Positions 34,576 through 42,495 are shown, counted from the first letter of the stretch. The stretch: 64,000 nucleotides of DNA from an uncultured Candidatus Saccharibacteria bacterium (GCA_964448075.1 CAYUUR010000002.1:222010-286009), one strand, 5' to 3'. Numbers and translations: made by a program. Notes: a model not told the origin generated them from the letters alone.

Positions 34576-34638
34576 TTAAATGCTAATCTTTGGTTTTTTG
34601 GGTTTTTTGACCTCTTTGCGGCCCTTGTCTTTAGACAT
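34576..34638 (-). CDS. candidate 20-aa basic peptide MSKDKGRKEVKKPKKPKISI
   Basis: An AAGGA SD lies 7 nt upstream of the ATG, and the ORF is tightly coupled to the next one. It is very short, so this is speculative. Confidence 0.25.
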   Translation of the reverse strand: MSKDKGRKEVKKPKKPKISI

Positions 34639-34737
34639 ACTGTTTTCCTTATGCGTAATAACTAATCAGTGATTACTCTATAGTATACGCTTTTCCTGAC
34701 CGATGACCTAATGTTGCCAAGTAATACGAAGGCCAGT

Positions 34738-35346
34738 TTAGGTATTTTCTTGGACGAGTTCCCATGCAATGCGGCTGACTTCTTCGAGGTCTTGCTTGGC
34801 ATCAATCACATGGGCACCGACTTCATGGCTAATTGTTAAGAAGTTCTCTCTTACTCGGTTGTGAAAGTCGATATCCTTTTGTTCAAAGTAGTCTGGTGCG
34901 CCAGTACGTCTGTGCACCAATTCTTGTGGATCGCCATCGAGTAGTATCACGAGGTCAGCTTGCATGTAGTCGCCAATTGCTAATTCGTTAACCGAGCGCA
35001 CAAAGTCGAGCGTAATCTCATCCCTGGCTTGGTACGCAGCACTCGAAATCCAGCTTCTGTCTGAGACTACCGAGACACCGCTTTCTAGTGTAGGCTGCAC
35101 TACCTCAGCGATGTGTTGGGCGCGGTCGGCGGCAAATAGGAATACTTCTGTGCTTGGTTCTGTGGTAACTCCTGGATCGAGTAGGAGGGCGCGAATTCGG
35201 CTGCCCACACCTGTACCACCCGGTTCTCTTGTAGCAACAGCACCCAGTCTTTTAGAAAGTATTTTTACCTGCGTTGACTTACCAGTATGTTCGCCACCCT
35301 CAAACACAATGTACTTTCCGCGTTGTGATGATGTAGTCTGCTCCAT
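34738..35346 (-). CDS. tmk: thymidylate kinase
   Basis: YIVFEGGEHTGKSTQ P-loop, DR..S motif and a length of 202 aa. Confidence 0.9.
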   Translation of the reverse strand: MEQTTSSQRGKYIVFEGGEHTGKSTQVKILSKRLGAVATREPGGTGVGSRIRALLLDPGVTTEPSTEVFLFAADRAQHIAEVVQPTLESGVSVVSDRSWISSAAYQARDEITLDFVRSVNELAIGDYMQADLVILLDGDPQELVHRRTGAPDYFEQKDIDFHNRVRENFLTISHEVGAHVIDAKQDLEEVSRIAWELVQENT

Positions 35347-35507
35347 GCTATTAGAGACGATACTATGCTGGAGTTAGTAGATGCAAGCATGAGCAGAATT
35401 GGTAAATCAAAGGGTAAGGTCAGTGAATCATAATGGTGAACATGGTAGAGTGTAGGGATGAACATGAGCGCGATACAGAACATCGTGAAGAATAAGGAAT
35501 TGCAATA

Positions 35508-36962
35508 GTGACCACTAAGTCTCGGCGCGCTAATCGCCCAAAACAAACTCGTCGTAACGAACTACTGCTCTTTGGGGCAATGCTTGTATTGTTGGTCGTA
35601 AAGTACCTGAACATTACTAAACTTGGCGGCAACATGATGCAGTTTCTTACGGCGTATAAGTTTGTATTGACCGATAGCTTTGATTGGTTAGCAACAGGCA
35701 TAACACTGTTTCATAACGAATCAATCACCATGAGAAATCCTGGACTACCCTTGGTTGTTAAGTTCCTCAACCACTTTGGAGTGATTTACCTACTGCCGCT
35801 ACTCAATCAACTGGCTTTTCTAGGGTTAGTTGTAGTGGTGTACTACACCGTTAAACATCTGACGAAGAACGCCAAGTTTGCCGGGCTGTTTGCGATATTG
35901 GTCTTTACAAATTACGCGTTCAATCTACTAGCGAACTATATTCTGGCAGACATGTACGCCACGACGGCAATTGCGGTTGCACTGTATCTGCTGCTGACCA
36001 AACGATACACTTGGTCGTTTGTGGCGCTTGGTGTGTCTATGTTGTTTCAAAACTTTGCCTACTTTTTGTACATTATGTGGTGCGCATACTACATTACTGA
36101 GCAATGGGCAGCAATAAAGGCATTGTTTAGGCGCAAGGGATCATTACAATTACGAAAGCTGAATGTGCTTATTCCGTTACTGATTCCAGGATTGATGGTG
36201 CTGCCGTGGCATCTGTATAAATTTGTGGCCTTCGGAAACCCCTTTTATACCAAGGTTGACCAGCTGGCAGTGGTTGACCCGACGTTTACTAACTTATCGT
36301 TCTATGCCTACCACGCGCTTATTATGTGGGGGCCATTACTTCTCATAACGATTGTTGCAACGGTGGCTACGCTCATTAAGAAACCTTCGTTCTTTGCAAA
36401 TAAAACCATGCTCTTTCTACTAAGTGGTTTTGTATTCTCGGTTGTTTTCTGGGGAGTATTTTATGATTGGCCTGACAGACGGTTTCTCCTGTACATAACG
36501 CCGTGGTTCTACGCCCTGTCTGGTGTAATCGTCTATCGTTTTGTTCCACGGGCACCGCGGCTCATGAAATATGGACTGGCATTTGTCGCAATCTACGTGG
36601 CAACACTTCCAATAGTGTTTGTCGACGACCAAAAGACATTTCCATTAATTGATGACACGGTGGTAACCGTTGTCCTGCAATCACAGACGGAGCGTTTGCG
36701 TATAGATAATACCGAAGGTTTTGATTCGCCACTTATGAATGTATCGCCAACGCTCTATGATTCATTTGACCGCACAGAGTATTACAAGCAAGAAGAAAGT
36801 GGCAAGTACGTGATCGCGGAGCGAATGGTTAAACGATCTTATGATAGCCAGAAAGTCTGCGTTGAGCGCGATGCTTCTGTAAAGCCCTACATCACCAGTT
36901 CTGTTACGCTCATACTACATCCAGACGTTAATCTAGATCAGCTGAAACAAACATGTAAATAA
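35508..36962 (+). CDS. polytopic GT-C-fold glycosyltransferase-like membrane protein
   Basis: 484 aa with more than 10 TM helices followed by a soluble C-terminal domain. The architecture resembles ArnT/PMT. Confidence 0.45.
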   Translation: MTTKSRRANRPKQTRRNELLLFGAMLVLLVVKYLNITKLGGNMMQFLTAYKFVLTDSFDWLATGITLFHNESITMRNPGLPLVVKFLNHFGVIYLLPLLNQLAFLGLVVVVYYTVKHLTKNAKFAGLFAILVFTNYAFNLLANYILADMYATTAIAVALYLLLTKRYTWSFVALGVSMLFQNFAYFLYIMWCAYYITEQWAAIKALFRRKGSLQLRKLNVLIPLLIPGLMVLPWHLYKFVAFGNPFYTKVDQLAVVDPTFTNLSFYAYHALIMWGPLLLITIVATVATLIKKPSFFANKTMLFLLSGFVFSVVFWGVFYDWPDRRFLLYITPWFYALSGVIVYRFVPRAPRLMKYGLAFVAIYVATLPIVFVDDQKTFPLIDDTVVTVVLQSQTERLRIDNTEGFDSPLMNVSPTLYDSFDRTEYYKQEESGKYVIAERMVKRSYDSQKVCVERDASVKPYITSSVTLILHPDVNLDQLKQTCK

Positions 36963-36966
36963 CACT

Positions 36967-38097
36967 ATGAAACACGTTGAACGCATCCAAAAATATGTAC
37001 GCAAGAACTGGCTATACCTACTGCCGTCAGTCATTTTTATCTTTGTTTCAATGGTGTTGATTGCTATCAATCGTTCATTTATCTTTGAGCGCGAGTTTAT
37101 TAGTCAGTATGGCGATCAGCAGCTCTACTACAAACTCGCACGTGGCGTGCTCAATGGTGAGTTCCCAAAAAGTCCTTACACGCTGGGCTACCCAATGTTG
37201 TATATGCCGCTTCTTTTGCTGACGGGCATCAAAGAAAGCTGGACAAGCATCATGCCACTGGCGATTTTTGTGCAAGCTTTTGTGCTGATGCCAATTACGT
37301 TGTTTTTGGTGTTTAAGGACAAGCCCCGCAAGTGGCTGATGTATAGCTTTGCGGGTTTGTGTGCCTACTACGGTTTATTCTTTTGGGCATCAACCGACAT
37401 ATTAATGAAGTACAACTTCTTTGGACTCATTCCTTTAAGTGAGCCACTGGCAATTTTTTGTCTGATATCAGGTTACTATGTATACCTCAAGTACCTGCAG
37501 ACCGACACGCCGCGATTGCGCTTTCTTGTATTGTTCGCGGCCCTGTTTGCCTGGAGTATTATGACGCGCAGTACTAGTATCATCCTGTACCTGCCAATCT
37601 TTATAGAACTGTTACTAGATAGGCGCCTCAAACCCATCGCAATCATTGGAGGTGTTTCGGCTCTTTGGTACGCACCTCAGATTGCTTACAACTATCTCTG
37701 CAGTGGTGATCCATTATTTAATGGTTATGTATGGTGGGCAAATGGCAAGGTGGCTAAGAACACCAACAACATCGAGTCACTGTATGGGTTCCGTTCTAGT
37801 GCCATGTTCTCATTGCGCTACCTAGTAGTGAACATCAAGGATTTGGCTCTAGAGTACGTCCCGTTTCTACTGTTATGTGGCGTTGTTGCACTCAAGCGTA
37901 ATCGGCTGGTGGTGTTAGTTCTCGGCTGCTCGCTGCTTAATCTTGTTTTCCATTTGGCGTACTGGTGGTCAAATTACGGCGGGCTACTGCACCGCTTTTT
38001 GCTCCCCAACATCTTCTTACTATTGTTTGTCTTTAGGAACGAACTTGTCTATGGTTCAAATCACATAAGGAAGAAGTCACATAGTGCAGAACGTTAG
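36967..38097 (+). CDS. polytopic GT-C-fold glycosyltransferase (ArnT/PMT_2-like)
   Basis: 376 aa. The first extracytoplasmic loop, YGDQQLYYKLARGVLNGEFPKSPYTLGYPMLYMPLL, fits the D-x-x-x-Y..A..G..P..Y..GYP pattern of GT39/GT83 enzymes. Confidence 0.55.
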   Translation: MKHVERIQKYVRKNWLYLLPSVIFIFVSMVLIAINRSFIFEREFISQYGDQQLYYKLARGVLNGEFPKSPYTLGYPMLYMPLLLLTGIKESWTSIMPLAIFVQAFVLMPITLFLVFKDKPRKWLMYSFAGLCAYYGLFFWASTDILMKYNFFGLIPLSEPLAIFCLISGYYVYLKYLQTDTPRLRFLVLFAALFAWSIMTRSTSIILYLPIFIELLLDRRLKPIAIIGGVSALWYAPQIAYNYLCSGDPLFNGYVWWANGKVAKNTNNIESLYGFRSSAMFSLRYLVVNIKDLALEYVPFLLLCGVVALKRNRLVVLVLGCSLLNLVFHLAYWWSNYGGLLHRFLLPNIFLLLFVFRNELVYGSNHIRKKSHSAER

Positions 38098-38138
38098 TTC
38101 GCAAGGTCTTTAAATATACAACCATTGCTCGTCAGACA

Positions 38139-38798
38139 CTAGTTAAAACGGAATGATTTAACGATAGCTCGGTATTCATCGAGGTACTTGTCAAAGTCAG
38201 GGTTAGTTGTGTCAGCATAGTTGATTATGTACACCACATCGTCCTTATAGAACTGTGTTTTAAGGCTCGGTGGCCCTTCATAACCCAATCGATACTCAAC
38301 AGCATCTTGTCCGGCTACTTTGAGTGATTTCTCGTCACTGGTATACAGAACCTTGCCACTAACATAATCTGCGATAGATGTCTTTCCTTGGGCTGTTTGA
38401 GCACTTACCGTAACGATCGCGCCCTTAGTAACTCCACCGTAGGCATCATCAGTTTTCTCTTTGTAATCCGCTGATTTAATGTGTACTTTTGAATATACCC
38501 CAGTGAAACCTTCTGGCTTTGCGACTTTTTCAATGGTCCACTCTTTTGGATAGTCAAAAGAGTACTTTAACTCAGAATGCGTGTAGGTGGCTGTTTTGTC
38601 TTCAGTCTTATTAGTCTCGGTATCACTGTTTGTTGTTGCCGGTTGCGTCGTCTGTGTGATTGCGGCTGTATTGTCATTTTTTGATTGCTGCCGGTCATAG
38701 ACAAGCCAACCCACTGCGCCCAGAAGTCCTAAAACCACGACTACGACGATTACTTCTACAACACTGAAGCCTTTTTGATTTGTTTTCATTATATTCAT
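38139..38798 (-). CDS. type IV pilin-like protein (prepilin N-terminal cleavage/methylation domain)
   Basis: MNIMKTNQKG|FSVVEVIVVVVVLGLLGAVGWLV has a G|F cleavage site with Glu at +5. A T/S-rich linker follows. Confidence 0.85.
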   Translation of the reverse strand: MNIMKTNQKGFSVVEVIVVVVVLGLLGAVGWLVYDRQQSKNDNTAAITQTTQPATTNSDTETNKTEDKTATYTHSELKYSFDYPKEWTIEKVAKPEGFTGVYSKVHIKSADYKEKTDDAYGGVTKGAIVTVSAQTAQGKTSIADYVSGKVLYTSDEKSLKVAGQDAVEYRLGYEGPPSLKTQFYKDDVVYIINYADTTNPDFDKYLDEYRAIVKSFRFN

Positions 38799-38821
38799 TC
38801 GATTTCTCCAGAGTTAATTTG

Positions 38822-39517
38822 CTAGTTAAACCTTATTGATTTGATGATATTCTCAGCTATTTTCCACTCAGAACTGTTGACCTGCTCGTCGTATGAGTAC
38901 GTCGAGGTCATGCCTTGCCCCCAACAAAAAGAACCGTAGATAAGTAGGTACTTCCCATTTTTCAGCTTTGTTGAGTACGTGCTGTCAGTGCCGACAGAAA
39001 TCTGGGGACAGGTGCTCTTGCTTGGTCCTGTTGCATAGTTTATGTTTTCTTTTTCTTTCCACAGCGTCAGTTTATTTTGCAGTAGCTTGGTGGTTCCATT
39101 AGGGTATGTATTAAATGGAGCTGCCTCTGGCTTTCTAGTTGTGATATTGATATCCATCCCAAAGTTGTTGGATTTATTATTTTCTTCACTTTGATTCAGA
39201 ATACGTATAATATTCTCGTTCCCAGAAAGATTCGCTGTTCCTACATTATTTTCATAGCCAGTAATCCGCCACTGGGCTGGGTATTCTAGGGTAAAGCCGC
39301 CGTACTTGGAAGTATAGGTTGCCATTTCCTCAGTCTCTTTCGTATCTTCCTTTGGCTGTTCTTTTGCCTCGCTAACAACATTTGTTGGTGCAGGAGCAGT
39401 TTGGGGCGCATCTTTCTGTCGGTCATAAACTAACCAGCCTACTGCACCAATAAGTAGAACTACTACAAGTATTAGGATCAACTCTATTGCACCGAAGCCG
39501 TTTTGATCTTTTTTCAT
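38822..39517 (-). CDS. type IV pilin-like protein
   Basis: MKKDQNG|FGAIELILILVVVLLIGAVGWLV with Glu at +5. Confidence 0.85.
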   Translation of the reverse strand: MKKDQNGFGAIELILILVVVLLIGAVGWLVYDRQKDAPQTAPAPTNVVSEAKEQPKEDTKETEEMATYTSKYGGFTLEYPAQWRITGYENNVGTANLSGNENIIRILNQSEENNKSNNFGMDINITTRKPEAAPFNTYPNGTTKLLQNKLTLWKEKENINYATGPSKSTCPQISVGTDSTYSTKLKNGKYLLIYGSFCWGQGMTSTYSYDEQVNSSEWKIAENIIKSIRFN

Positions 39518-39530
39518 GGGTTCCCCTTAG

Positions 39531-40208
39531 TTAGTTTTCAAACGTGATTGTCTTAAAAGCGTATTCAACGGACTTAACATCCAAGGGTTCTTTTTCATAG
39601 TAACCATAAGACGCGTTTAGTTTTTGGTTGGCTTTCTTGAAGAAACAACCTTTAGATATGAAATCACCTTTGTCGTCAGCCATCTTTCCAATAGGGTCGT
39701 CTTTGCTTGTTGTTATTGTTTGTTTACAGTAGCCAACGGTGCCGTCGTTCAGTGTAAATTTTTCGCCGTCCGTTATTTCTTCGTTATATTCATTGACAGA
39801 AACCTTAATACCAGGAACATATCCGCCGATGCCGCTATTCGCAGTCTTTTTTACAGTGGGCTCCGTGGCTTCGTTGTATCTCAGCTTGTCTACAGAATAT
39901 TGGAAGAAGTAATCGTAGGTAGTATCCTCTTCAACCGTCCAGCCATTCAGGATGTCCATACTAAATGCGCCTTTAGATGATGTATAGCTTTTGGCCTTGT
40001 ACTTTTGTTCGCTGGCTGGCTCTTCGGTTTTCTCTGTGGTAGTTTGTGCCGCGCTCTGAGTGGTTGCCGTTTGCGTACTGTTAGTCTTCTTGTCTTGTTG
40101 TTTGCTATATATAAACCAACCAACCGCAGCGATAACGCCCACCACGGCAAGTACGATGACTATTTCTACTGCACTGAAGCCTTTTTGATTTATCTTGATT
40201 TTTTTCAT
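39531..40208 (-). CDS. type IV pilin-like protein
   Basis: MKKIKINQKG|FSAVEIVIVLAVVGVIAAVGWFI with Glu at +5. It is the first gene of a three-pilin operon. Confidence 0.85.
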   Translation of the reverse strand: MKKIKINQKGFSAVEIVIVLAVVGVIAAVGWFIYSKQQDKKTNSTQTATTQSAAQTTTEKTEEPASEQKYKAKSYTSSKGAFSMDILNGWTVEEDTTYDYFFQYSVDKLRYNEATEPTVKKTANSGIGGYVPGIKVSVNEYNEEITDGEKFTLNDGTVGYCKQTITTSKDDPIGKMADDKGDFISKGCFFKKANQKLNASYGYYEKEPLDVKSVEYAFKTITFEN

Positions 40209-40230
40209 GTGTATTCCTACATTAGGTTAA

Positions 40231-40247
40231 TACCATAAGCATAGTAT
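40231..40247 (-). promoter_or_regulatory. pilin promoter motif (TACTATGCTTATGGTA on - strand)
   Basis: The same T-A-y-T-A-T-GCTTATGGTAG motif occurs upstream of the pilin genes at 42412 and 49262. Confidence 0.5.
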
Positions 40248-40364
40248 GATTACAGGAAATAATAAAGGTAGATGGGCAATTGTTGTTTAAGGATTTGACG
40301 GAGATAGTGGATAACTCAATTACAACTGTATCGCTTATGGTATACTCAATCTAACAGGGGGAGT

Positions 40365-40595
40365 ATGCGGAAGAGACCGTTTGTATCAGCGCTCGTTATG
40401 GGACTATTTGCTAGCAAGTAGCTTAGTTACGACAGAAGACGACTCGCAAACCGCCGATAGTGAAACTCTGGCAGAAACCGGCTAGTCGCAGAACTCACTA
40501 AGTTATGTAGCAACTGTAGTATTTATGCTCGGACTAATCTTTACAGCTGCGTCGTCTAGATTATTTGCTACTAAGCAGTCAGTGGTCCGAAAAGA
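40365..40595 (+). pseudogene. collapsed LAETG-protein gene (signal peptide + sorting signal only, frameshift + TAG)
   Basis: A TGGTATACT box (40338-46) and a GGGGGAG SD precede MRKRPFVSALVMGLFASK-stop. In the +1 frame the sequence reads SLVTTEDDSQTADSETLAETG-TAG-SQNSLSYVATVVFMLGLIFTAASSRLFATKQ. Confidence 0.6.
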
Positions 40596-40622
40596 CTAGT
40601 GTCCAGATAGTTCTGCTAAACT

Positions 40623-41174
40623 ATGCTTATGAAAACAGTACATCTTGAGACTGCAAACCCGGCTGTGGAACTCGTTGAGCCAGATTTGGAGCGCGATGCT
40701 GCGCTTGGTGTTGCCTGGTTAGAAGGCGAGTTAGGGCACAGTACCTTAACACTGATGGGCGTTGCAGACAAAGATAATAAGCCAACTTCTTTGGAAGCCG
40801 AGCAAGAGAGGGTCAAGGGCTTTATTGAGCGCCCAGACCAGCTCAACTGGATGATACAGTATGAAGGCAAAGTTGTTGGTTCGGTATGGGTTGATTTATT
40901 TAAGTCAGACGAGCTTCCAGCACCGTCGGTACACATAATGATTGGCGATCCTTCGATGCGTGGCAAGGGCATTGGCTACTCGGCCGTCAGCACTGTAATG
41001 GACTATCTTATTGGTCAGGGTAATCAAACAATTTATTCTCGTCATTTGATCAAAAATGAAGCTGCCAAGACGCTGCTTGAGTCGCTCTGTTTCAGCAGTC
41101 TCGGCGAGCCTTACTCTGATACAGACAAATTAGAATGGCAGAACGTTATCTTTTCACGCAGCCAAGCTGAGTGA
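40623..41174 (+). CDS. GNAT-family N-acetyltransferase
   Basis: 183 aa. The acetyl-CoA site is MRGKGIGYSAV. A TGCTAAACT box lies immediately upstream, so the transcript may be leaderless. Confidence 0.75.
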   Translation: MLMKTVHLETANPAVELVEPDLERDAALGVAWLEGELGHSTLTLMGVADKDNKPTSLEAEQERVKGFIERPDQLNWMIQYEGKVVGSVWVDLFKSDELPAPSVHIMIGDPSMRGKGIGYSAVSTVMDYLIGQGNQTIYSRHLIKNEAAKTLLESLCFSSLGEPYSDTDKLEWQNVIFSRSQAE

Positions 41175-41235
41175 TTGATAACAAATATTTGGTTGTCGCA
41201 TTCTACTTGGGCGGCTTCGATGGCTAAGACGGTGC

Positions 41236-41403
41236 TTAATCTTTAATCCGCGCCAAACCAACGCCAATTATGAGCGAACCAAAGATCACCCCAAGGTGAC
41301 TTGTAGAATCATATGTAAATAGAACAATCAGTAAGCCAAGTATAATCATGATTTTGTGTTCATGTTTTACGAATTCTTTAGTACGTGGTTGTTGTTTGGC
41401 CAT
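41236..41403 (-). CDS. small membrane protein (55 aa)
   Basis: Hand translation: MAKQQPRTKEFVKHEHKIMIILGLLIVLFTYDSTSHLGVIFGSLIIGVGLARIKD, with two hydrophobic helices. An AAGGAA SD and an ATTATGCTTAGC promoter motif lie upstream (41426-41437). Confidence 0.4.
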   Translation of the reverse strand: MAKQQPRTKEFVKHEHKIMIILGLLIVLFTYDSTSHLGVIFGSLIIGVGLARIKD

Positions 41404-41508
41404 TTGCATTCCTTGTTAACTCTGAGCTAAGCATAATCTATTTTCTGCGAACAAGAAAGACCTACTGAGTTGAAGTTGTTATTCTTGTTGCCGTGGGAGC
41501 AGGTAAAC

Positions 41509-41624
41509 GCACATATGGAAGCCGTGCTCGGAGTAAAACTCCTGTGCGCGGCTTTGATGACCGAACCGCGACTTTCGCCAGCGGAGCTGTCGAGTCGCAG
41601 AACCGAGCCAGACTCACCGCCAAG
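41509..41624. ncRNA. structured element S, copy 1 (unclassified; strand uncertain)
   Basis: Shared with 51502-51616. It has a GCTCGG...CCGAGC closing stem and a GGAG-loop-CTCC hairpin. The central hairpin is CCGCGAC..GTCGCAG here and CTCCGAC..GTCGGAG in copy 2, so the arms are fully swapped. Confidence 0.45.
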
Positions 41625-41660
41625 AAAAAAGACCTGTCTCAAGGACAAGTCTCTTTTCTT
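41625..41660. terminator. bidirectional terminator hairpin
   Basis: AAAAAAGACCTGTC-TCAAG-GACAAGTCTCTTTTCTT, essentially identical to the terminator after tRNA-fMet at 51617-51652. Confidence 0.65.
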
Positions 41661-41735
41661 GGTAGCGCAGGTACGGTCGAATTGGAACGAAGTGCTTATA
41701 GAGTTGGCTCGGTGGAATATGTCATCCACCGAGTT
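41660..41735 (-). repeat. tRNA-fMet-derived pseudo-tRNA box, copy A
   Basis: On the - strand it ends ...CGTTCCAATTCGACCGTACCTGCGCTACCA. It retains GCTACCA, a TTCGA core and a CTCTATAA relic of the CTCATAA anticodon loop, but no acceptor pairing. Confidence 0.45.
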
Positions 41736-41746
41736 CAATCTCTCAG

Positions 41747-42412
41747 TTAATAGTCTAGAGTTTTAATACTTGCTTCAACTAGATCCTTTTGGCTAGTGTC
41801 TCCCTTGTTGACGCGATAACTTAGCACGATTGAGCCATTATCAACTCTAGCGTAGTAGCCGTAGGACACCGTTCCCTTAGTCATGCCATCCTCCCCACCT
41901 TTTCCGACGTACTTGTACTTCTTGACGGTATCACCATTGTTTAGCTTTAAGCTGCCGTCAGGTTCCGAAGCGCTGAAGTAGTTGCTTTGCGCATCTTTGG
42001 AGTACTGAATGACAAAGGTTGTTCCTGCGTAGCCGCCTCCTCTGTGCCCGTACTCATTGTTAATAGTAGCTGCAGTGCCTTCCTTGTAGTTCATGCCTGC
42101 TTCGCGGGCATAGGCGTAGTCTAGCTCTGTGTCGTTCGTGAACACCCACCCATCCGGTACGTTAAGAGTGAACTTACTGTTAAGTGATGTTAGTTTTTTA
42201 TTTAAAGAGAATTCACTTTCTGCTTTTGGCGTTGCTGGGGTTTCGTTTAGTTGTTGAGTGGGTTCTGTTTTAGTACTGGTAGTTGTTGTCGCGTTATTTT
42301 TGCTCTGCTGTCTGTCATACACGAGCCAACCAACAGTGCCGATAAGTCCAACAATTACGATAACTACAAGTACTTCTACTGCACTAAAACCTTTTTGATC
42401 TAACCTTTTCAT
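41747..42412 (-). CDS. type IV pilin-like protein
   Basis: MKRLDQKG|FSAVEVLVVIVIVGLIGTVGWLV. The start at 42412 follows an AGGAG SD. The ORF-track start at 42445 would run into the promoter. Confidence 0.85.
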   Translation of the reverse strand: MKRLDQKGFSAVEVLVVIVIVGLIGTVGWLVYDRQQSKNNATTTTSTKTEPTQQLNETPATPKAESEFSLNKKLTSLNSKFTLNVPDGWVFTNDTELDYAYAREAGMNYKEGTAATINNEYGHRGGGYAGTTFVIQYSKDAQSNYFSASEPDGSLKLNNGDTVKKYKYVGKGGEDGMTKGTVSYGYYARVDNGSIVLSYRVNKGDTSQKDLVEASIKTLDY

Positions 42413-42432
42413 ATATCTCCTGTTATTAATGT

Positions 42433-42449
42433 CTACCATAAGCATAATG
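42433..42449 (-). promoter_or_regulatory. pilin promoter motif (ATTATGCTTATGGTAG on - strand)
   Basis: Conserved with 40231-40247 and 49279-49295. Confidence 0.5.
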
Positions 42450-42495
42450 CTTTTTCACCAAAGAAAAAAGCCCCACAAATGTGAGACTCTTTCCC

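Noticed and set aside
40483-40485. The in-frame TAG after LAETG, and UGA codons generally, as signs of an alternative genetic code, as in some CPR lineages.
   Set aside because: TGA, TAA and TAG all terminate well-supported genes at the expected lengths throughout the window. The TAG sits in an otherwise degraded, frameshifted relic.
41660-41735. The TGGTAGC... boxes (also at 42496, 44132, 48456 and 49350) read as functional tRNA genes or tmRNA/tRNA-like domains.
   Set aside because: I could not form a 7-bp acceptor stem, a T stem or a 7-nt anticodon loop in any copy. Only scattered tRNA-fMet-like segments remain. I call them pseudo-tRNA relics.
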